A stretch of 64,000 bases of DNA from Minisyncoccota bacterium (GTDB lineage: Bacteria; Patescibacteriota; Minisyncoccia; Phycocordibacterales; UBA9973): positions 10,167-74,166 of the forward strand of contig JBAYVZ010000001.1 of assembly GCA_041674285.1 (NCBI GenBank). Reading direction: 5' to 3'. Under the pieces are notes generated by a model that ran no database searches, had not been told where the DNA came from, and saw nothing but the letters and a program-made list of their open reading frames with translations. Position numbers and translations under genes: made by a program. Below, piece by piece: positions 48,598 to 59,490 of this stretch (positions within the stretch are counted from its first letter, which is position 1; each line of letters begins with the position of its first letter).

Positions 48598-49167
48598 ATG
48601 AAAACAGCAATAATAATACATGGGATGCCAAGTAAAGAAGAGTACTATGACGTAGATCGTCCGGCGTCTTCGAATTGTCATTGGCTACCTTGGATCCAAA
48701 AGCAATTTTTGCTAAAGGATATTGTCGCTCAGACACCAGAGATGCCTGTGCCGTATAATCCAGAATATTCTGCATGGAGTGGAATGCTAGAGCGGTTTCC
48801 ATTGGATCAGGATACTATTTTGATTGGTCACTCTTGCGGAGGTGGATTGATCTTGCGTTATCTTAGTGAAAATAATATAAAAGTAGGCAAGGTTGTCCTC
48901 GTCGCTCCATGGATCGATCCTGATAAATTTTTAGATACAGGAATTTTTGATTTTAATCTAGATGAAAATCTTGTAGACAAGACTGACGGTATAACTATTT
49001 TTTCTTCTACAAATGATATGAAAGAAGTACAGGACAGTATTGAAATAATAAAATCAAAAGTTAAAAATATAAAGATAGTCGAATTTAAAGACATGGGACA
49101 TTTCTGTTTTTCAGATATGGGCACAGATAAATTCCCTGAACTTTTAGCAGAATTAGATTTAAAATAA
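48598..49167 (+). CDS. RBBP9/YdeN alpha/beta hydrolase
   Basis: HG, HWLPW, GHSCG, STND, GHF. Confidence 0.9.
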   Translation: MKTAIIIHGMPSKEEYYDVDRPASSNCHWLPWIQKQFLLKDIVAQTPEMPVPYNPEYSAWSGMLERFPLDQDTILIGHSCGGGLILRYLSENNIKVGKVVLVAPWIDPDKFLDTGIFDFNLDENLVDKTDGITIFSSTNDMKEVQDSIEIIKSKVKNIKIVEFKDMGHFCFSDMGTDKFPELLAELDLK

Positions 49168-49853
49168 TGCAAAACGAAAAGCACATTGTAATATTTTCTC
49201 ATGGGTTCGGAGTCGCAAAAGATGACCGAGGGTTGCTCTCGGGCCCTATGGGTGTAGCTGAGATGCTACAGGAAAATGGCATTGAAACATTTTTATTTGA
49301 TTATAATAATGTTGACGTAGTGAACAATACTATTACTGCTACACCTCTGAGTATTCAGGCGCAAATGCTCTCAAAAAATATATCAGAAATTAGGGAGCAG
49401 AATCCTGACGCAATTATAGACATTATTGCTCATTCACAAGGTTGTCTAATACCAGCTATGGTTAAGCCTGCCAATATTCGTAAAATTATTTTTCTTGCAC
49501 CGTCTCTAGATGTTAACAATCAGAGAATGATAGATTTGTTTAAAAATCACCCAGATACAAAGATAAATACTGAAGGGGTTTCAGTTCTTGGTCGTCGAGA
49601 TGGCACGATAACCTTTGTTCCCAGCCTGTATTGGGGTGAAAGAGAAAAAACAGTACCGATCCCTCTTTACAATGCGCTTGCAGAAAATACAGAAATTACA
49701 ATTATTAAAGCTAGTGACGATAATGTATTGGGTGATTTGAAAATAGATGGCCTGTCAGATAAGATAAAATTTACAAGCTTGCCTGGAGATCATCAATTCA
49801 ATGGGGAAAGTCGTGCCGGCCTATTGGAAAAAATTAAAGAAATAATCTTATGA
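49167..49853 (+). CDS. Alpha/beta hydrolase
   Basis: SHGFG, AHSQG, GDHQF. Confidence 0.85.
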   Translation: MQNEKHIVIFSHGFGVAKDDRGLLSGPMGVAEMLQENGIETFLFDYNNVDVVNNTITATPLSIQAQMLSKNISEIREQNPDAIIDIIAHSQGCLIPAMVKPANIRKIIFLAPSLDVNNQRMIDLFKNHPDTKINTEGVSVLGRRDGTITFVPSLYWGEREKTVPIPLYNALAENTEITIIKASDDNVLGDLKIDGLSDKIKFTSLPGDHQFNGESRAGLLEKIKEIIL

Positions 49854-50476
49854 AATTAATTTTAGCTTCAGATTTTAGTTTTCTTTTGAAATACGGTTAT
49901 GATGCCGTAGGTATTTCAAAGGATCAAATGAAAATCGGCTGGGTCACTACTGCGTCAAAGGGTGAAAAGGATAGTAGTTTTATTGCTTCAACAAGAAATA
50001 CTTTAGTAAATGAGAAATATAATTTTGAGGAATTTGATATAGAGGGCAAGACAAGTGAGGAGATTAGAAATTTTTTTAAAGATAAAAATGTAGTTCATAT
50101 AGAAAGTGGTAATACTTTTTATTTATTGAGAGTAATTCGAGAAACTGGTTTTGCGGACATTTTAAAGGAATTAATAAATGAGGGACGTGTGTATATTGGC
50201 AGTAGCGCAGGTGCATATATAATGTGTCCAAGTGTTGTAGTGTCTGACTGGAATGATTCGAGTGTGGATCGTTTTGGCGTTACTGATTTTACTGCTCTTG
50301 GTTATGTTCCTTTTGTTTTAAGAGTTCATTATAGGGAAAATAGAGAAGATTTTATTCGTGAAAGAATGAAGACTTTAGAGTATCCTTTTAGAATTTTGAG
50401 AGATGGACAAGGTATAATAGTCGAAGATGGTAAATATACTTTTATGGGTGATGGTGAAGAAGTAATTTTAAAATAA
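49850..50476 (+). CDS. Peptidase S51 (dipeptidase E-like)
   Basis: SGNTFYL, YIGSSAGA, HY. Confidence 0.85.
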   Translation: MKLILASDFSFLLKYGYDAVGISKDQMKIGWVTTASKGEKDSSFIASTRNTLVNEKYNFEEFDIEGKTSEEIRNFFKDKNVVHIESGNTFYLLRVIRETGFADILKELINEGRVYIGSSAGAYIMCPSVVVSDWNDSSVDRFGVTDFTALGYVPFVLRVHYRENREDFIRERMKTLEYPFRILRDGQGIIVEDGKYTFMGDGEEVILK

Positions 50477-50510
50477 TACCTGTCCCGTAGTAAATTTTTG
50501 ATTACGGGAT
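50477..50510 (+). repeat. Third, divergent CCCGTAG hairpin element
   Basis: TACCTGTCCCGTAGT-AAATTTTTG-ATTACGGGA. Confidence 0.55.
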
Positions 50511-50547
50511 ATAATGATAAAATTAACAGTTAAAATTTAGTATCGGG

Positions 50548-51855
50548 ATGAACATCGACTTATCAAAAATTAAACATGTGCACTTTATAGGAATAGGCGG
50601 GATTGGTATCTCGGCTATTGCTCGTATGATGGTATCTATGGGAAAGAAGGTTTCAGGTCAAGACGTGCACGAGTCAAATATAACAGCTGACTTATCTTCT
50701 CTCGGTGCGGATATTGTTCTAGGGCAATCTATGGAAAATATTCCCGCAGATGCAGATCTCGTAGTCTATACCATTGCTATCGAATACTACGATGAAAAGT
50801 TTTTCTCTGAATTAAAATTCCAAGATATTCCTATACGTTCATATCCGCAAATGCTAGGCGAGATATCAAGAGATCAGTACACGATAGCCGTCACTGGTAC
50901 TCATGGCAAGACCACGACTACGGGTATGACCGCCCAGATATTCAGAGACCTGGAGAGGGATCCGACAGTCGTCGTGGGTAGTCTACTGTCTGACGGGACA
51001 AATTTTGTATACGGCCACAGTGGGATATTTATCGCAGAGTCTTGCGAGTACCGTCGCTCGTTTTTGAATATGAGTCCAAAGATTTTGGTGATTACAAATG
51101 TAGATGAAGATCACCTAGACTACTACCGAGATATCGAAGATATAAAAAGTGCTTTCCATGAGTTGGCTATGAAGGTCCCCGAAGATGGATTTATAGTATG
51201 TGATCCAAACGACAACAATATCCCAGATATCATCGCTGATACAAAAGCTACTATTGTAAACTATCAAGATTTTTACGAAGCTGATTTAAAATTGAAAATC
51301 CCTGGTATACACAACAAGAAAAATGCAGCATGTGCGGTGGCCGTGGCTACATGCCTGGGTATAACAGAGGATGATGCTAGGGGTGCAGTGGTGAATTTCT
51401 CTGGTACATGGAGACGATTCCAATACAAAGGCAAGCTTGATAGTGGTGCTATCGTATACGATGACTACGCCCACCATCCTACAGAGATAAAGGCCAGTCT
51501 CCAAGGTTTTCGCGAATTGTATCCTGCAGAGGATGGATACCGTTTGACTATTGTATTCCAGCCACATCTATATAGCCGTACAAAATCATTGCTAGCAGAT
51601 TTTGCTACGAGTTTTGTATCTGCAGACAATGTGCTCTTCCTGCCTATATATGCAGCTCGTGAGGTAGATGATGGAACTGTATCTTCAAAAATTTTATCAG
51701 AAGAGGTAAATAAGCATAAAAATAATTCTGCATCATTCCCTGACTTTGATAGTGCATTCGAGACTCTCAGCATGATGGGGCTACACGACAAGGATATCAT
51801 CATCACACTAGGTGCAGGGGATGCATTACTGATTGGAGACCGTCTACTCGCGTGA
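50548..51855 (+). CDS. murC: UDP-MurNAc--L-alanine ligase
   Basis: HFIGIGGIGIS, GTHGKTTT, DDYAHHPTE, FQPH. Confidence 0.95.
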   Translation: MNIDLSKIKHVHFIGIGGIGISAIARMMVSMGKKVSGQDVHESNITADLSSLGADIVLGQSMENIPADADLVVYTIAIEYYDEKFFSELKFQDIPIRSYPQMLGEISRDQYTIAVTGTHGKTTTTGMTAQIFRDLERDPTVVVGSLLSDGTNFVYGHSGIFIAESCEYRRSFLNMSPKILVITNVDEDHLDYYRDIEDIKSAFHELAMKVPEDGFIVCDPNDNNIPDIIADTKATIVNYQDFYEADLKLKIPGIHNKKNAACAVAVATCLGITEDDARGAVVNFSGTWRRFQYKGKLDSGAIVYDDYAHHPTEIKASLQGFRELYPAEDGYRLTIVFQPHLYSRTKSLLADFATSFVSADNVLFLPIYAAREVDDGTVSSKILSEEVNKHKNNSASFPDFDSAFETLSMMGLHDKDIIITLGAGDALLIGDRLLA

Positions 51856-51868
51856 TACAATATAAACA

Positions 51869-52705
51869 ATGAAATATAAAATATTTATTTTAATTATTTT
51901 TACTTTTTTCTGTGGGCATGTATATGCCGCCGATGTGGCAAATACTGGATTCATTCCTGGGCAGATTTGGTATTCCGAGAATCCTCTCGTAGAGGGTCAG
52001 ACTGTAAAGATTTATACTGCAGTGTGGAATGGAGACAATTATCCTCTAGAGGCCAATGTAGAATTCTACGACAAGAATGTGATACTCGGCACTAGGACTA
52101 TATCTGTACCCAAAGATACCATCCAAAATGTATCTATTTCATGGAAGGTGACAGCTGGGGACCACGTCATCTCTGCAAAGATACTATCTTCCAAGATTAT
52201 CGAATCTGGTAAATCTTCCCCCGTAGTTCTAGAGAGGAATACTACAGAAGAGGATCGTAAATTTGTTTCTAAATTGATAGAGCAGATAGATGGTACTCCT
52301 GTATCGAGTACTGATGCATTGAAAAATAAACTCGACGAGACAAAAGCAAACCTGTCTGATATCCTACCAGAATCTTTTGCTACTCCAATATCAAATTCTC
52401 TGTCTTCTGTGGATACTTTTCGTGACGAGACTTATACAAAGATAACTGTATCAAAAGACGAGACCCAAAAAGAGATTGATTCTCTTGATAATAAAAACAC
52501 AGTAAAGGGGACGACTGTTTCTGATAATAAAAAAGCTGAAAAGAAGAGTCTGGGTGGCGCAGACAAGCCCATCGCCTATGTAAAATTATTTTTCTTGGCT
52601 ATTGCCTCATTTATCTTCGGCACACCTTTTGTATTTTATCTAGTTATCGCTTTTATTGTATTTTTGATAATTAGATCTATATACAGGAAGCTCAGTTTTA
52701 GCTAA
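51869..52705 (+). CDS. Secreted Ig/CARDB-like membrane-anchored protein
   Basis: Signal peptide, W.VTAGDHVI, C-terminal TM. Confidence 0.65.
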   Translation: MKYKIFILIIFTFFCGHVYAADVANTGFIPGQIWYSENPLVEGQTVKIYTAVWNGDNYPLEANVEFYDKNVILGTRTISVPKDTIQNVSISWKVTAGDHVISAKILSSKIIESGKSSPVVLERNTTEEDRKFVSKLIEQIDGTPVSSTDALKNKLDETKANLSDILPESFATPISNSLSSVDTFRDETYTKITVSKDETQKEIDSLDNKNTVKGTTVSDNKKAEKKSLGGADKPIAYVKLFFLAIASFIFGTPFVFYLVIAFIVFLIIRSIYRKLSFS

Positions 52706-52742
52706 TTTTGGTTAAAACCCCCTTGTGTCGTATAATATCAAA

Positions 52743-53000
52743 ATGCAAAGAGTTGTATTTTCTCTGGTTTTGATTGTGTTATTTTTCCTACTACCTTGGT
52801 ACTTGGTGGCACTATTCACACTAGCGGGACTATTTTTATTTGATGATTATTATGAATTTTTTTTAATCAGTATACTGATATATAGTATCTACACACCTGT
52901 GTATTATTTTATAACACCATTCATATTTTCTATTTCGATTTTGATTATTTTCTTTGGTCTTAATTATTTAAAAAAATATATAATTTTATATCAAAAATGA
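52743..53000 (+). CDS. Small membrane protein
   Basis: Highly hydrophobic; overlaps PBP2 start. Confidence 0.65.
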   Translation: MQRVVFSLVLIVLFFLLPWYLVALFTLAGLFLFDDYYEFFLISILIYSIYTPVYYFITPFIFSISILIIFFGLNYLKKYIILYQK

Positions 53001-54694
53001 AATTTAGATTTTATCGCCATAAATACAGAGATATAGAGATCGCCCCAGACGAGATTTTTCTTGATTCAAAAAATTTACCGAATTTCAATACTCAGCAGTT
53101 CGAGGGGCGTATTGAAAAGCCAATAAGTAAAAACGTTGTGGTGTTGCTGGGGATATTTTTCCTGTTTTTTGGTGGCACTTTCGTATGGAAGCTAGGAGCA
53201 CTGCAGATTCATCAGGGTGAAGCCTATTTAAAAAGAAGTGAAAACAATACTCTGTCGAAACAACCAATATTCGCAGACAGAGGTCTGATCTATGACAGAA
53301 ATGGCAAGTTGCTGGCTTGGAATACCTGGGATATACAGGGCGGTAAATTTGAAGCTCCGACTCGGACTTATATATCTCTATCTGGATTCGCTCATGCGTT
53401 AGGTTATGTTAGTGCCCCAGCTAAAGATTCAAAAGGTACCTACTGGCAAGATCGTTTCATTGGTAAGGATGGAGTAGAGAAATTCTATGACATGCGACTC
53501 CAAGGTAAAAATGGTGTACGCATAACCGAGACAAATGTAAAAGGTGTAGTTCAATCTGAGAACATAGTCTCTCCTCCTTCGCCTGGGGATGCCCTCTATT
53601 TATCTGTGGATGCTGATATACAAAATAAATTATATTCTTATATAGCAGATATGGCCCATAGTGTAGGGTTCTCTGGTGGTGCTGGGGTTTTGATGGATAT
53701 TAATAGTGGAGAAGTAATAGCTCTGACTAGTTATCCAGAATATAATCCAGCGGTCCTGTCTCTAGGTAAAGACAAGCAAGTGATCAATGGATACCTTACA
53801 GATAATCGCAAGGTTTTTCTTAATCGAGCGGTAAATGGATTGTATACTCCGGGTTCAATAGTAAAACCTTTTGTCGGGTACGGTGCTCTCGTTGAAAATG
53901 TGATAAGTCCATTCAAAGTCATATTATCCAATGGTTCCATCGAGATACCTAATCCATATTTTCCAGAGAAAAAATCAGTATTTAAAGACCACGGAGTTTT
54001 CGGGTATGTGGACATGAAAAAGGCGATAGCCGTATCTTCTGACGTATATTTCTATGCTATCGGTGGCGGATTCAAAGATCAAAAGGGTCTCGGTATAGTA
54101 AAGATAGATGATTATACTCAAATGTTTGGAATAGCAAAAAAGACTGGCATAGATTTGTCTAATGAAAAAGAGGGGAGCATACCTACTCCAGAATGGAAGA
54201 TAAAAACATTCAAGGGTGATCCGTGGAGAGTGGGAGACACATACAATACCTCTATCGGTCAGTATGGATTCCAAGTCACACCTATTCAGATGGTGCGTGC
54301 TACTGCTTCGCTCGTGAATGGTGGTAATCTTGTCACTCCACATCTACTGCATAATGACAAAGATATGGAAAATAAAAAAAGCACCATAAAAATAGATGAA
54401 GAGAAGATGAAATATATTCGCGAGGGTATGCGTATGGCTGTGACAGAGGGAACTGCTATGTCATTGAATCTTGCAAATGTAAAAGTCGCTGCAAAATCTG
54501 GTACAGCCCAGGTCGGTCTAGGCAACACAAATACAAACTCGTGGATCATAGGATTTTTCCCTTATGAGAATCCAAAATACGCTTTTGTTGTGATGATGGA
54601 GCGTGGACCAAAAGCTGCCAGTGGCAATGCTACGCGTGTAGCTAGTCAGATGATCGACTATATGTCTGTTTACAAGCCCGAATATTTCAAATAA
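52997..54694 (+). CDS. mrdA: Penicillin-binding protein 2 (class B)
   Basis: RGLIYDRNG, SIVK (SxxK), SSD, KSGTAQ. Confidence 0.88.
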   Translation: MKFRFYRHKYRDIEIAPDEIFLDSKNLPNFNTQQFEGRIEKPISKNVVVLLGIFFLFFGGTFVWKLGALQIHQGEAYLKRSENNTLSKQPIFADRGLIYDRNGKLLAWNTWDIQGGKFEAPTRTYISLSGFAHALGYVSAPAKDSKGTYWQDRFIGKDGVEKFYDMRLQGKNGVRITETNVKGVVQSENIVSPPSPGDALYLSVDADIQNKLYSYIADMAHSVGFSGGAGVLMDINSGEVIALTSYPEYNPAVLSLGKDKQVINGYLTDNRKVFLNRAVNGLYTPGSIVKPFVGYGALVENVISPFKVILSNGSIEIPNPYFPEKKSVFKDHGVFGYVDMKKAIAVSSDVYFYAIGGGFKDQKGLGIVKIDDYTQMFGIAKKTGIDLSNEKEGSIPTPEWKIKTFKGDPWRVGDTYNTSIGQYGFQVTPIQMVRATASLVNGGNLVTPHLLHNDKDMENKKSTIKIDEEKMKYIREGMRMAVTEGTAMSLNLANVKVAAKSGTAQVGLGNTNTNSWIIGFFPYENPKYAFVVMMERGPKAASGNATRVASQMIDYMSVYKPEYFK

Positions 54695-54738
54695 ATTATC
54701 TTTACTTATAACCTCTAAAAATGTATAATGACCCAATC

Positions 54739-55203
54739 ATGAATGAAACAAATTATATAACTGAAGACAAAAAAGACTTATTAATAGATGAACTTCACTA
54801 CCTGAAGACTGTTCGTCGCAAGGAGATATTAGAGGCCCTAGAAGCAGCAAAGGCACTAGGTGACCTATCTGAGAATGCAGAGTATCACCAGGCTCGTGAG
54901 GACCAAGGCAAGACTGAAGATCGTATTAATCAGATCGATCATATGCTGAATTCTGCTGTAGTCGTAAAAAAGCATCACAGCAATCAGGTAGAGATCGGCA
55001 CAACAGTACACGTCAAAAAAGATGGTTCAAAGGATGGAGTGAAATACAGTATCGTAGGAGCAGAAGAAGCTGATATGATGCACAATAAAATCTCAAACAA
55101 ATCACCACTTGGTGCTGCACTATTTGGCAAGAAAAAGGGTGATGTAGTCACTATCAATACACCAAAAGGAGCTTCCAAATATACTATACTTGATATAGAA
55201 TAG
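54739..55203 (+). CDS. greA: Transcription elongation factor GreA
   Basis: GDLSENAEY, IS..SPLG. Confidence 0.95.
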   Translation: MNETNYITEDKKDLLIDELHYLKTVRRKEILEALEAAKALGDLSENAEYHQAREDQGKTEDRINQIDHMLNSAVVVKKHHSNQVEIGTTVHVKKDGSKDGVKYSIVGAEEADMMHNKISNKSPLGAALFGKKKGDVVTINTPKGASKYTILDIE

Positions 55204-55207
55204 AATT

Positions 55208-56665
55208 ATGGCTTCAACAGAAGAATTGCGCGCTGCGCGCTTAGCAAAAATTGAATTATTAAAAAAAGCGAATATGGATCCGTTCACAGCGGAGTCTTTT
55301 CGTGATTATACAATCGGAGAGGTGATAGATGGTTTCCCTATGTTGTCTGAGAATGGCAAGACCGTCACTATAGGTGGGCGTGTGATGTCTCTACGTGGAC
55401 AGGGGGCTATTTTATTTTTTAATCTAAATGATGGATCTGGGGTATTTCAAGGTCTATTGAAAAAGGGAGCACTCGCAGACGAGATGTTCTCGCTATTTGT
55501 CGATACCGTCGACATGGCGGATTTCATCGAAGTATCTGGAACCCTGTTCACTACAAAGACTGGTCAGGCTACAGTAGAGGTGAATAGCTGGAGGATGCTG
55601 ACAAAAGCTCTAGCCCCACTACCAGACAAATGGGCAGGTCTTCAGGACGTAGAAGAGAGATTCAGAAAGAGATATCTAGATATCCTAACTACAGACGGAC
55701 TAGCAGATATGTTCTACAAGAAATCAAAATTCTGGGAAGTAACTCGCAACTTTATGAAAGATCATGGATTCCTAGAGGTAGAGACTCCGACTCTCGAGGT
55801 CACTACTGGTGGTGCTGAGGCAAACCCATTCAAGACTCATCACAAAGATTTTGATATTGATGTATTTATGCGTATCTCTGTAGGAGAGCTCTGGCAAAAG
55901 CGCCTGATGGCAGCTGGATTCCCAAAGACTTTCGAAATAGGTCGCGTGTATCGCAACGAGGGCACTAGTCCAGAGCATCTACAAGAATTCACAAATATGG
56001 AATTCTACTGGGGTTATGCAAACTACAAAGATGGTATGAAGCTCTCTCAGGAGCTATACCAAAAAATAGCTACTGAGGTTTTTGGAACTACAACATTTAG
56101 TACTCGTGGGCACTCTTTTGATCTTTCCGGTGATTGGCCAGTGATCGAATACAAGGATGAAGTATTGAAGCAAACAGGTATCGATATCATGTCTGCTAGC
56201 GAGTCTGATATGACGAAAAAGCTCGACGAGCTAGGTGTAAAATATGATGGAGAAAACAGGGAGAGATTGATGGATACGCTATGGAAATACTGTCGCAAGA
56301 ATATCGCAGGTCCCGTATTTCTGATTCACCACCCAAAACTCGTGTCGCCACTGGCAAAAGCTTGCCGTGACAATCCTGATCTGACCGAGCGTTTCCAGAT
56401 TATCATCGCTGGTTCTGAGGTAGGGAATGGATTCTCTGAACTCAATGATCCTATCGACCAGCGTGCAAGATTTGAACTACAGCAAAAATTGATAGAGAGA
56501 GGGGATGATGAGGCGATGATGCCAGAGTGGGAATTCGTAGACATGTTAGAACATGGTATGCCACCTACTTGTGGATTCGGTTTCGGAGAGAGATTGTTCT
56601 CATTTATGGTGGACAAGCCAATCCGCGAGACTCAACTATTCCCATTGATGAAGCCAAAAGAGTAA
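55208..56665 (+). CDS. lysS: Lysine--tRNA ligase
   Basis: GGAEANPF, YRNEG, ELNDP, GMPPT. Confidence 0.96.
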   Translation: MASTEELRAARLAKIELLKKANMDPFTAESFRDYTIGEVIDGFPMLSENGKTVTIGGRVMSLRGQGAILFFNLNDGSGVFQGLLKKGALADEMFSLFVDTVDMADFIEVSGTLFTTKTGQATVEVNSWRMLTKALAPLPDKWAGLQDVEERFRKRYLDILTTDGLADMFYKKSKFWEVTRNFMKDHGFLEVETPTLEVTTGGAEANPFKTHHKDFDIDVFMRISVGELWQKRLMAAGFPKTFEIGRVYRNEGTSPEHLQEFTNMEFYWGYANYKDGMKLSQELYQKIATEVFGTTTFSTRGHSFDLSGDWPVIEYKDEVLKQTGIDIMSASESDMTKKLDELGVKYDGENRERLMDTLWKYCRKNIAGPVFLIHHPKLVSPLAKACRDNPDLTERFQIIIAGSEVGNGFSELNDPIDQRARFELQQKLIERGDDEAMMPEWEFVDMLEHGMPPTCGFGFGERLFSFMVDKPIRETQLFPLMKPKE

Positions 56666-56719
56666 TATGCAAAAAAGGAGCCTGACAACGTCGGCTCCTT
56701 TTTAATTTTACCAGTCAAA

Positions 56720-56977
56720 TTACCAGTTAAACTCGTAACTCTGTTCTCTGTCCTTTGAGTACTGGAATACGCAAGATTTTACCCATGTTTTAATTGATCC
56801 AAATTCCTTAATAATTAGCTTTCTTAGGTCTCTGTTATTCTGAGTCTTCTTTGTTGCTTCGTTATAAAGAAATGAATAGAAATCTTTTAAATCATTTGGG
56901 ATTCTTCCTCTGCTTTCTGTGATTCGTGTTGCACCAGGTGTTAGCCAGTCAACTAATCGCGATACTTTTTTATGCAT
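56720..56977 (-). CDS. Hypothetical protein
   Basis: 85-aa ORF with AGGAGG Shine-Dalgarno. Confidence 0.65.
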   Translation of the reverse strand: MHKKVSRLVDWLTPGATRITESRGRIPNDLKDFYSFLYNEATKKTQNNRDLRKLIIKEFGSIKTWVKSCVFQYSKDREQSYEFNW

Positions 56978-56995
56978 ATTATTCCTCCTTTTTAT

Positions 56996-57127
56996 TTATT
57001 CCCAAAAATTTTTTCGAGTTTTGGACATGTTGAACATCATCCAAAACCCATCCTTTTCGAGGGGTATAATAGTACGCCAAAACCACACTCTAATTAAACG
57101 AACAAATCTCGGTAGCTTGTTTTTCAT
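56996..57127 (-). CDS. Small 43-aa basic, Trp-rich protein
   Basis: MKNKLPRFVRLIRVWFWRTIIPLEKDGFWMMFNMSKTRKNFWE; AGGAGG SD; TTGACA upstream. Confidence 0.55.
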   Translation of the reverse strand: MKNKLPRFVRLIRVWFWRTIIPLEKDGFWMMFNMSKTRKNFWE

Positions 57128-57217
57128 ATATCCTCCTTTTTATTTTAATTAAATCAAATATGTGAATATTGTCAATAGTATTTGCAAAAAAGAGCTTTTA
57201 ATGTTAATATTTGACCC

Positions 57218-57847
57218 ATGAAAACATTAAACGCAACAAAGCGAAGTAAGGCTGAAAAGCTAGCAATCGTACGAAGTAACGGTATGGTTCCAGCTGTAGT
57301 CTATGGCGCGAAAGTGGATAATACATCTATTTCCGTACCAAGTATCGATTTTATAAAAGTTTGGAAAGCTGCAGGAGAGTCTAGTACTATCGTACTATCT
57401 CTCGAGGGCAAGAACATCGACGTTCTTATCCATGAAGTACAGGTAGATCCAATCAAAGGATTTCCAAAGCACGTAGATTTCCTTGCTGTGGATATGAACA
57501 AGCCAGTAGAAGTATCTGTACCTCTTGAATTCGTAGGTGTAGCACCTGCAGAAAAAACAGGTCTAGGTAGTCTAGTAAAAGTTATCCACGAAGTAGAGAT
57601 AAGTGCTCTTCCAAAGGACATCCCAGCACACATCACTGTAGATATATCTACTCTTGAGACTCTGGAGAATCAAATTCACGTATCAGATCTAGTTCTACCA
57701 GCAGGTGTGACTATGATCTCAGACGCAGAAGAGGTGGTAGCATTGGTTGCAGCAGCAAAAGAAGAAGTTGAATCTGCTCCAGTTGACCTATCTTCTATTG
57801 AAGTAGAGAAAAAAGGCAAGAAAGAAGAGGAAGCAGCAGCTGAATAA
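57218..57847 (+). CDS. rplY: 50S ribosomal protein L25 / Ctc
   Basis: VPAVVYG, HVDF, IHVSDL. Confidence 0.95.
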   Translation: MKTLNATKRSKAEKLAIVRSNGMVPAVVYGAKVDNTSISVPSIDFIKVWKAAGESSTIVLSLEGKNIDVLIHEVQVDPIKGFPKHVDFLAVDMNKPVEVSVPLEFVGVAPAEKTGLGSLVKVIHEVEISALPKDIPAHITVDISTLETLENQIHVSDLVLPAGVTMISDAEEVVALVAAAKEEVESAPVDLSSIEVEKKGKKEEEAAAE

Positions 57848-57907
57848 TAATCTTAATACTTAAATATATTAAGTTCAGACAAGAAAATATGCTATAATAA
57901 AAACTGT

Positions 57908-59254
57908 ATGAAGATACGGTTTTTATTATGCATAGTGCTCGTTTCTTTTTTTGTTTTTGGTCCTACTTTGGTAGTGGCTAGTGATCTTTCCAATGCACAG
58001 GCGGATCGTGCCAAATTAGAAGCAGAGCTCGCGAACCTTGAAAAGGATATAGCAGCAAAACAAAAGCAGCTCGACAAACAAAAGGGTAAATCCGCTACTT
58101 TGTCTGGTGATATCAAGCTCCTCACTTCTCAGATTGCAAAATCTAAAAAAGAAATTCAGGCAAAAAATTTAACAATTCAAAAATTAGGGGGTGAGATAGT
58201 TCAAAAGAATAAAAAAATTCAGACATTGACAGAGAAGATTGAATCTGAAAAGCAGACACTGGCTCAGCTTGTTCGCAAGAGCCGTGAGATAGATGATAAA
58301 TCTGTTGTTTCTTTTGTATTATCCGGAGAATCTATCTCTGATGTATATGGAGAATTTGATAAATTCATGGCTCTATCTGACTCTATTGGTGATTCAGTAG
58401 GTTTGATAAGGCATGCTAGGAATGAGACTGAGTCAGAAAAGAAAAATCTAGAAATTCAAAAAGATAAACAGCTCGATGTAAAAGTAGAGCTCGAGAATAC
58501 AAAAAAGAAAGTTGAACAGAATGAAAAAGACAAAAAACAACTTCTTTCTATTAGTAAAAACAAAGAAGCTGAATACCAAAAAGTCCTAGCAGAAAAAGCC
58601 AAGAGAAAGAATGAGATACTAACTGCACTCTTCGGTCTGCGTGATACTGGTGCTATCCCATTCTCAAAAGCTCTAGAATATGCCAATTTGGCATCAGAGA
58701 AGACCGGTGTGCGTGCTGCCTTTGTCCTAGGTATATTGACTCAGGAGAGTAATCTGGGTACTGATCAGGGGTCTTGCTACGTCACAGATATAAATACTGG
58801 TACCGGTGTGAGCTCTCGCAGTGGCAAGATTTTCAAGAATGTTATGAAGCCTACCCGTGATGTAAAACCATTCTTTGAGATCACTGCTAGTGTGGGCCGT
58901 GATCCTTACAAGACCCTTATATCTTGTCCTATCGGTGGATTTGGTTATGGTGGGGCTATGGGTCCTGCACAATTCATACCTTCTACTTGGATGATGTTAA
59001 AGTCTAGAATCGGTAAAGCTCTAGGAATACCAAATCCTGACCCATGGTTTGCTCGAGATGCATTTATGGCTTCTGCTATGTATTTGGCTGATCTAGGGGC
59101 AAACAAGGGTGGTTATACAGCAGAGAGGAATGCTGCCTGCAAATACTACTCTGGTAGATCCTGTGGCCTTGTGACTGGGAATACTAGTTATGGGAACAGT
59201 GTTATGACCAAAACTGCTAAAATCCAGTCAAATATCGATTTGTTGCAAAATTAA
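57908..59254 (+). CDS. Coiled-coil + lytic murein transglycosylase domain protein
   Basis: QESNLG, GAMGPAQFIPSTW. Confidence 0.85.
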   Translation: MKIRFLLCIVLVSFFVFGPTLVVASDLSNAQADRAKLEAELANLEKDIAAKQKQLDKQKGKSATLSGDIKLLTSQIAKSKKEIQAKNLTIQKLGGEIVQKNKKIQTLTEKIESEKQTLAQLVRKSREIDDKSVVSFVLSGESISDVYGEFDKFMALSDSIGDSVGLIRHARNETESEKKNLEIQKDKQLDVKVELENTKKKVEQNEKDKKQLLSISKNKEAEYQKVLAEKAKRKNEILTALFGLRDTGAIPFSKALEYANLASEKTGVRAAFVLGILTQESNLGTDQGSCYVTDINTGTGVSSRSGKIFKNVMKPTRDVKPFFEITASVGRDPYKTLISCPIGGFGYGGAMGPAQFIPSTWMMLKSRIGKALGIPNPDPWFARDAFMASAMYLADLGANKGGYTAERNAACKYYSGRSCGLVTGNTSYGNSVMTKTAKIQSNIDLLQN

Positions 59255-59280
59255 TAAAGTCGTGCTAATATAACAAAACT

Positions 59281-59490
59281 ATGAAGAAAGATATTCACCC
59301 GAAATACGATAACAATACAAAGGTTACTTGTGCATGTGGAGCTACTTTTGCAGTAGGTTCAACAGCAAAAGAAATCAACGTTGAAATCTGCAGTCAGTGT
59401 CACCCATTCTATACTGGAAACGAAAAGGTTCTAGACACAGCAGGACGTGTGGACCGTTTCAAAAAGCGTGCAGCAGCAGTAAAAAAATAG
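59281..59490 (+). CDS. rpmE: 50S ribosomal protein L31
   Basis: [21 protein letters not shown]. Confidence 0.97.
   Translation: MKKDIHPKYDNNTKVTCACGATFAVGSTAKEINVEICSQCHPFYTGNEKVLDTAGRVDRFKKRAAAVKK

Noticed and set aside
50510-50545. Displaced murD 3' end after the third hairpin element
   Set aside because: Resemblance to 47942-47974 is weak and AT-rich; it cannot be distinguished from chance.
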